Assembly: GCA_963668645.2 (NCBI GenBank)
Contig: CAXXWC010000022.1
Span: forward strand, 1-64,000
Length of the DNA: 64,000 nucleotides
Direction: 5' to 3'
Source of the DNA: Desulfobacterales bacterium
GTDB taxonomy: Bacteria; Desulfobacterota; Desulfobacteria; Desulfobacterales; UBA2174
Both the position numbers and the translations under genes were made by a program. The notes under the pieces are model-generated. The model was given only the letters and a program-made list of their open reading frames with translations, made no database searches and had not been told where the DNA came from. Below are positions 59,750 through 64,000 of this stretch, in pieces. Every line of letters starts with the position of its first letter. Position 1 is the first letter of the stretch.

Positions 59750-61171
59750 ATGAACATAAGAAAATCTTTAGCATCCTTGATCGTAGCCGCAGCATTGGTT
59801 GGCTTCACCCTGACCAGCGCCCAGGCGACCGTCACGCCGAATGTGTCGGTACTCCAGGGAGAGAAAAATTACCTAACAGGCTATTCTGCATTGAATGTCG
59901 ACGGCACCTACAACGTTGTCATTGAGATTCCGGCAGGTCATACAGCCAAGTACGAGGTGAACAAACAAACCGGGATGCTCGAGCTAGAGCAGAAAAACGG
60001 CAAACCCCGTTTTGTAAAATATGTCGGCTATCCCGGAAACTACGGAATGATTCCCAGAACCATTTTGCCCAAAGAACAGGGCGGCGACGGCGATCCCATG
60101 GACGTAATCGTGCTCGGTCCATCAACGGCCATCGGTTCTGTTGTAAAGGCTCGCCCATTAGGCGTCCTCGATCTGCTTGACCGCGGTGAAAAAGACTATA
60201 AAATCCTGATGGTTCAGGAAGGCACCCCCATGGCGGTTTGCGATAATGTAAAAGATCTTGACGCAAAATTCCCCGGCGTGACCACCATTGTCAAAACCTG
60301 GTTTACCTCCTACAAGGGACGTGACGAAAAAGGCAATTTCAAACTGGAGGCCAAGGGCTTCCTGGGAAAATCCGCAGCCATTCAGCTCATTGGCGACTCC
60401 ATCCTGGCCTTTGAAAATGCCCAGATCACAGATGCCGACAAGATCCCCCTGGAGGCAAACGGAAATCCCAAGCTTCACTACTGGCCTGCATCAAAAAACA
60501 ACGGCCATAAATTTGCCGGCGTTCCTGCCATTGGCAACAGCGAACTGGACAAGCGATACGGCACCCTGGTAGTGCCCTCTTATATCAAATACTATGAAGT
60601 TGACAAGCAGGACAGAGTCATGCTCAATCCCTACCTCCAGGTAGCGACCAAAGCTCATCCCGCCCTGCTTGATCCCGAAATCGGCGTCTACAACTACGTC
60701 GTGAATGCCGATGGTAATGTGGCCGTTGTTCAAGAAGCCACACATCCCATGGGCAGAAAGTACAAGAACGGCTACATCCGCCCGGAAGACGGCAGTAAGA
60801 AAAAAGTTAAGGTCAAAAACGGCAAAAAGAAATATCCGAAAGAAAAATTCGGGCATACCTCCGGGGTTGCAGGTACAGTTGCCCGTCTCGGCGGTGAAAT
60901 CCTTTTTGAAGACGGTGCCTGGATCATCAACAACAAATCCGGCCGCTACTCCAAGAAAAACCTTGACCGTACCCCGGAACAACTGGGCAATGTCGCCAGG
61001 CTGATCATGGATACCTGCGATCCCATGGGCAAACCCTGGGGTGAAGTCCGCTATCGCCTGGCATACGGCAATGCAGACGTCCAGAAAGCCTATGAAGGCA
61101 GCGATAAAATCAAATACCTGGAGCCCGAGAAAAAACAAAAACCCTATATCCTGATTGACGCTGCCAAATAA
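59750..61171 (+). CDS. ppa: signal-peptide-bearing family I inorganic pyrophosphatase fused to an unknown ~210-aa C-terminal domain
   Basis: GGAGG RBS; signal ..TSAQA; VIEIPAG, KYE, YPGNYGMIPRT, DGDPMD, DRGEKDYKI and FTSYK. Confidence 0.88.
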   Translation: MNIRKSLASLIVAAALVGFTLTSAQATVTPNVSVLQGEKNYLTGYSALNVDGTYNVVIEIPAGHTAKYEVNKQTGMLELEQKNGKPRFVKYVGYPGNYGMIPRTILPKEQGGDGDPMDVIVLGPSTAIGSVVKARPLGVLDLLDRGEKDYKILMVQEGTPMAVCDNVKDLDAKFPGVTTIVKTWFTSYKGRDEKGNFKLEAKGFLGKSAAIQLIGDSILAFENAQITDADKIPLEANGNPKLHYWPASKNNGHKFAGVPAIGNSELDKRYGTLVVPSYIKYYEVDKQDRVMLNPYLQVATKAHPALLDPEIGVYNYVVNADGNVAVVQEATHPMGRKYKNGYIRPEDGSKKKVKVKNGKKKYPKEKFGHTSGVAGTVARLGGEILFEDGAWIINNKSGRYSKKNLDRTPEQLGNVARLIMDTCDPMGKPWGEVRYRLAYGNADVQKAYEGSDKIKYLEPEKKQKPYILIDAAK

Positions 61172-61203
61172 CATGGCAATTTAAAAACCGATAGTGGAGT
61201 CGT

Positions 61204-61240
61204 AAAGGCGGGGCATAGAAAATATAGTGCCCTGCCTTTT
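61204..61240 (+). terminator. terminator hairpin after PPase gene
   Basis: aaaggcggggca...tgccctgcctttt. Confidence 0.75.
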
Positions 61241-61283
61241 AGCTTCTCCACATTGTGATTTCAGCCAACCTATTTTAATTATT

Positions 61284-62003
61284 ATGAAACAGCCATTAAA
61301 AGATTATCATGCCACCGGGGGAATAAAAATACTGCTATTTGTCAGTTTCCTTCTTTTTTGCCTTGTGAATGTCACATGGGCCCGCCCCACGAAACTGGAC
61401 CGTCTCTATGGCATTCCCACCCTGCCTAGGCACATCAAATACTATGAGGTTGACGATCAGGATCGCGTCATGCTCAATCCCTACCTGCAAGTTGCCTCAA
61501 GAAGGCACAAAGCCGTACTGAATCCCCGAATCCCGGTGTATGACTGGGTTATAGATATCCATGGAAAATTGAGAATCATTGCAGTGGTTCCGCACCCCAG
61601 GGGCCGCACATATTCAGGCCGTTATACACGGCCGGAAGACGGATACACATGCGGTCCGGGGTATGTGGAAAGATATGGGCATGTATCAGCACTTGCCGGC
61701 GCACCCGGCCGCATCGGGGGAGAAATTGTCAATGATTATAAAAATAAAAGATGGGTCATCAATAATAAATCCGGGCGGTATTCCAAAGAGAATATAGATC
61801 GTTTCCCCAACCAATTGGGCAATGCCGCCGCATTGATTCACGCCGTGGTCGACCCTGGAGGCCAGGCTTGGGGAGCGGTGGTCTATCTTTTGAATTATGC
61901 ACCTGAATCAGTGAAAACCAGGGAGCAATACAACATAGAACTCCGGTTCGGCAATCCCAAGACCAGGGGCCGTCCCTATCTGTTATTGGATCAGGACTGG
62001 TGA
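61284..62003 (+). CDS. secreted stand-alone paralog of the PPase C-terminal domain
   Basis: Signal-like ILLFVSFLLFCLVNVTWA; shares IKYYEVDxQDRVMLNPYLQVA, HPxGR, RPEDG, GHxS, GGEI, INNKSGRYSK and QLGN with the PPase C-terminus. Confidence 0.82.
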   Translation: MKQPLKDYHATGGIKILLFVSFLLFCLVNVTWARPTKLDRLYGIPTLPRHIKYYEVDDQDRVMLNPYLQVASRRHKAVLNPRIPVYDWVIDIHGKLRIIAVVPHPRGRTYSGRYTRPEDGYTCGPGYVERYGHVSALAGAPGRIGGEIVNDYKNKRWVINNKSGRYSKENIDRFPNQLGNAAALIHAVVDPGGQAWGAVVYLLNYAPESVKTREQYNIELRFGNPKTRGRPYLLLDQDW

Positions 62004-62219
62004 AAAATTTATGAACCCGGCAGCAGAAAGCATGAAGATTAAGGATTATCAAAAACCCGAAAATATGGCCCCGGCTGATCCCTCCCCACCCTTACAAAAA
62101 TCATAGCGGTTTCCGCTGGATCTCGAATTCATCGAAAATCGCTGGGCCCTCCACCTCTCCCTTGGCAGAGCTCGATACCACCACTATATAACTAAAAAAG
62201 AATATATTGGAGAACGCCA

Positions 62220-62523
62220 ACGCAATCCTTTATCCGGGTAATGAAGGCCTTGTCCGACCCCAACCGGGTCAAGATCATCAAGCTATTGCAACAGCGTGAC
62301 CTTTGTGTTTGCAAGCTGCGCACCGCCCTGGCAATCAGCCAGCCGAGCGTATCCAAACACCTAAAAATAATTGAAGACGCAGGACTGACGACCTCGAGCA
62401 AAGATGGACTCCACGTCAATTACCGGCTGGCGGACGGCAGCACCTCTCCTTACGCGTCCACCCTGTTGGGCAGCCTGCGCCACTGGCTCGACCACGACCC
62501 GGCAGTGGCGGCCCTGGTGGCAA
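62220..62523 (+). pseudogene. arsR: ArsR/SmtB regulator with mutated start (ACG) and truncated C-terminus
   Basis: GGAG RBS then ACG-QSFIRVMKALSDPNRVKIIKLL, LCVC and SQPSVSKHLK; the frame runs into the IS66 end. Confidence 0.75.
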
Positions 62524-62661
62524 ACCACCGGACAACCGGGCCTATCGGACTTTCGCGGTGGACGGTAAGCGTCCGGGCAACCGCATCTTCTCAAGCGCTT
62601 GGAAATTTGTCACAGGTTGACTCCGTAGGCCGTAGACTATTTCAGCCAAGGAGGCATCATC

Positions 62662-63006
62662 GTGACACGGAAGCAACGAGCAGAGGCTCTGGAGGTCAAG
62701 CGGCGGTTTTGGCGACAGCACGTTGAGCGATGGAAACGAAGCGGGCGGAACCAGAGCGAATATTGCCGGCAGCACTCACTCAAGCTGCACTGTTTTATCT
62801 ACTGGAGAAAAAAGTACCGGGGTGCGGACGCGACTGCGATCTCCCTGGTCGAGGTTCAGTTGCCTCCGGTGGCGACCGGGGCCATCACCACCACGGACCA
62901 CCGACCGCTGCGGCTTGTGGTTTCCTCCAGCCATTGTGTCGAGGTAGAGCGTGACTTTGATCCGGTGGCCCTGCGGCAGTTGTTGCACGTGCTGGAGCGG
63001 CTGTGA
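62662..63006 (+). CDS. tnpA: IS66 accessory protein TnpA
   Basis: FWRQHVERWKRSGRNQSEYCRQH...FIYWRKK. Confidence 0.88.
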   Translation: MTRKQRAEALEVKRRFWRQHVERWKRSGRNQSEYCRQHSLKLHCFIYWRKKYRGADATAISLVEVQLPPVATGAITTTDHRPLRLVVSSSHCVEVERDFDPVALRQLLHVLERL

Positions 63007-63356
63007 TGTTTTTGCCATCGCATACCCGCATTTACCTGGCGACCGGCAGCACTGACATGCGCAAAGCCATCAATGGGCTTTCGATTCTGGTCGAAGATCG
63101 ACTTGAGTTCGACCCATTTTCCGGCCACCTGTTCGCCTTTTGTAATCGGCGCCGGAACATGATCAAAATCCTGTACTGGGATCGAAACGGTTTTTGTCTC
63201 TGGCACAAGCGTTTGGAGAAGGAGTTTTTCATCTGGCCGGAGCGCCCCGACGAAGTCATGGAACTGGATCTTCGCCAGTTGAGTTGGCTGTTGGAAGGGC
63301 TTGAGATTGGCCAGCGGCATGCGCATAAAGAGCTGCACTACGAAACGCTGGTATGA
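63003..63356 (+). CDS. tnpB: IS66 accessory protein TnpB
   Basis: TDMRKAINGL and FCNRRRNMIKILYWDRNGFCLWHKRLE. Confidence 0.94.
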   Translation: MMFLPSHTRIYLATGSTDMRKAINGLSILVEDRLEFDPFSGHLFAFCNRRRNMIKILYWDRNGFCLWHKRLEKEFFIWPERPDEVMELDLRQLSWLLEGLEIGQRHAHKELHYETLV

Positions 63357-63423
63357 AAGATTTTTTTATTTTTAATCGAGAAAAAGATTGCCAAATTTGT
63401 GGCTTTACGGTATTGAATTTACC

Positions 63424-64000
63424 ATGAATTTTGATGTCCAAAACCTTCCTGATGATCCTGCTCAGCTCAAACAAATCATCGTTTCATTGCTCAATGAATA
63501 TCAGCGCCGGATTGAACATTTGGAAGAAGTGAACCGGTTGTTGAAGAACGAAATATTCGGTAGAAAGTCCGAGAAAAGATCTGTTGCCGACAGTCGTCAA
63601 TTTTCTCTTTTCGAAGAATCTGAAGAAGAGCCACTGGATGCGATCGATGAACCCGAAGACCGGCAGCCAGTGGAAGGCCATACACGCCGCAAGCCGGTCC
63701 GCAAGCCACTGCCGGCCGATCTGCCTCACGAAGACATTATTCACGATCTGGATGAATCCGAGAAAGTTTGTGTCTGCGGCCAGTCGCTTTGCAAGATTGG
63801 CGAAGAGGTCTGCGAGAAACTGCGTTATACGCCTGCAACGATGGTGGTCGAACGTCATATTCGCCCCAAATACGCTTGCAAAACCTGTGATGGGGTTGAA
63901 GATGATGGCCCGACCGTCAAGATCGCTCCGGTGCCGCCCCAACTGATCCCCAAGTCGTTTGCTACCGGATCGCTGGTAGCCCATATCGTCTGTTCCAAGT
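63424..64000 (+). CDS. tnpC: IS66 transposase TnpC (runs off window end)
   Basis: Manual translation: LPDDPAQLK, FGRKSEK, RKPLPADLP, CVCG..KIGEE and RPKYACKTC. Confidence 0.92.
   Translation, partial: MNFDVQNLPDDPAQLKQIIVSLLNEYQRRIEHLEEVNRLLKNEIFGRKSEKRSVADSRQFSLFEESEEEPLDAIDEPEDRQPVEGHTRRKPVRKPLPADLPHEDIIHDLDESEKVCVCGQSLCKIGEEVCEKLRYTPATMVVERHIRPKYACKTCDGVEDDGPTVKIAPVPPQLIPKSFATGSLVAHIVCSK

Larger units (their letters stand above)
62565..64000 (+). mobile_element. IS66 family element (left IR, tnpA, tnpB, tnpC partial)
   Basis: Left IR gtaagcgtccgggcaaccgcat at 62565; three-ORF layout. Confidence 0.93.

Noticed and set aside
61227..61283. GTG start given by the ORF track for the last island gene
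   Set aside because: It lies within the terminator hairpin; ATG 61284 places the signal peptide better.
1..64000. tRNA/rRNA genes, prophage or integrase
   Set aside because: None recognised by eye; a tRNAscan/Rfam run would be needed to exclude small RNAs.

Overview
High-GC chromosomal DNA whose gene content points to a Desulfobacterota-type sulfate reducer (RnfB-flavoprotein fusion, TauE/PEP-synthase-like/NtrC cluster, sigma54 promoters); this taxonomic call is inferred, not searched. Positions 1-44.8 kb are mostly housekeeping and metabolic genes: nitroreductase, SDR, frameshifted glnS, rmuC, acetyl-CoA hydrolase-GNAT, tesA/ybbAP, gabD, patatin, AKR, panE, yfcE, mutM, LOG, a two-component/TauE cluster, rseC/rnfB, double-length uvrA, lipases, a native CBS-DUF47-PiT-PhoR' operon and zraP. 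From about 44.9 kb the DNA is accessory and visibly lower in GC. It holds (i) a RAYT transposase with REPs; (ii) four degenerate 36-37 bp CRISPR-like repeats with REP-like spacers and an embedded rhuM gene whose stop codon is supplied by a repeat; (iii) IS1634 and remnants of IS66, IS256, IS1380 and IS21; and (iv) an IS66-bracketed 13 kb island. The island encodes a second DUF47-PiT pair, three CYTH/triphosphate-tunnel-like proteins (two with signal peptides), an OprO/OprP-type porin, a signal-peptide-bearing family I pyrophosphatase fused to an unknown domain, and a secreted stand-alone copy of that domain. It is the best candidate here for an undescribed periplasmic pyro/poly-phosphate processing system. 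All family assignments come from motif recognition by eye, without database searches.
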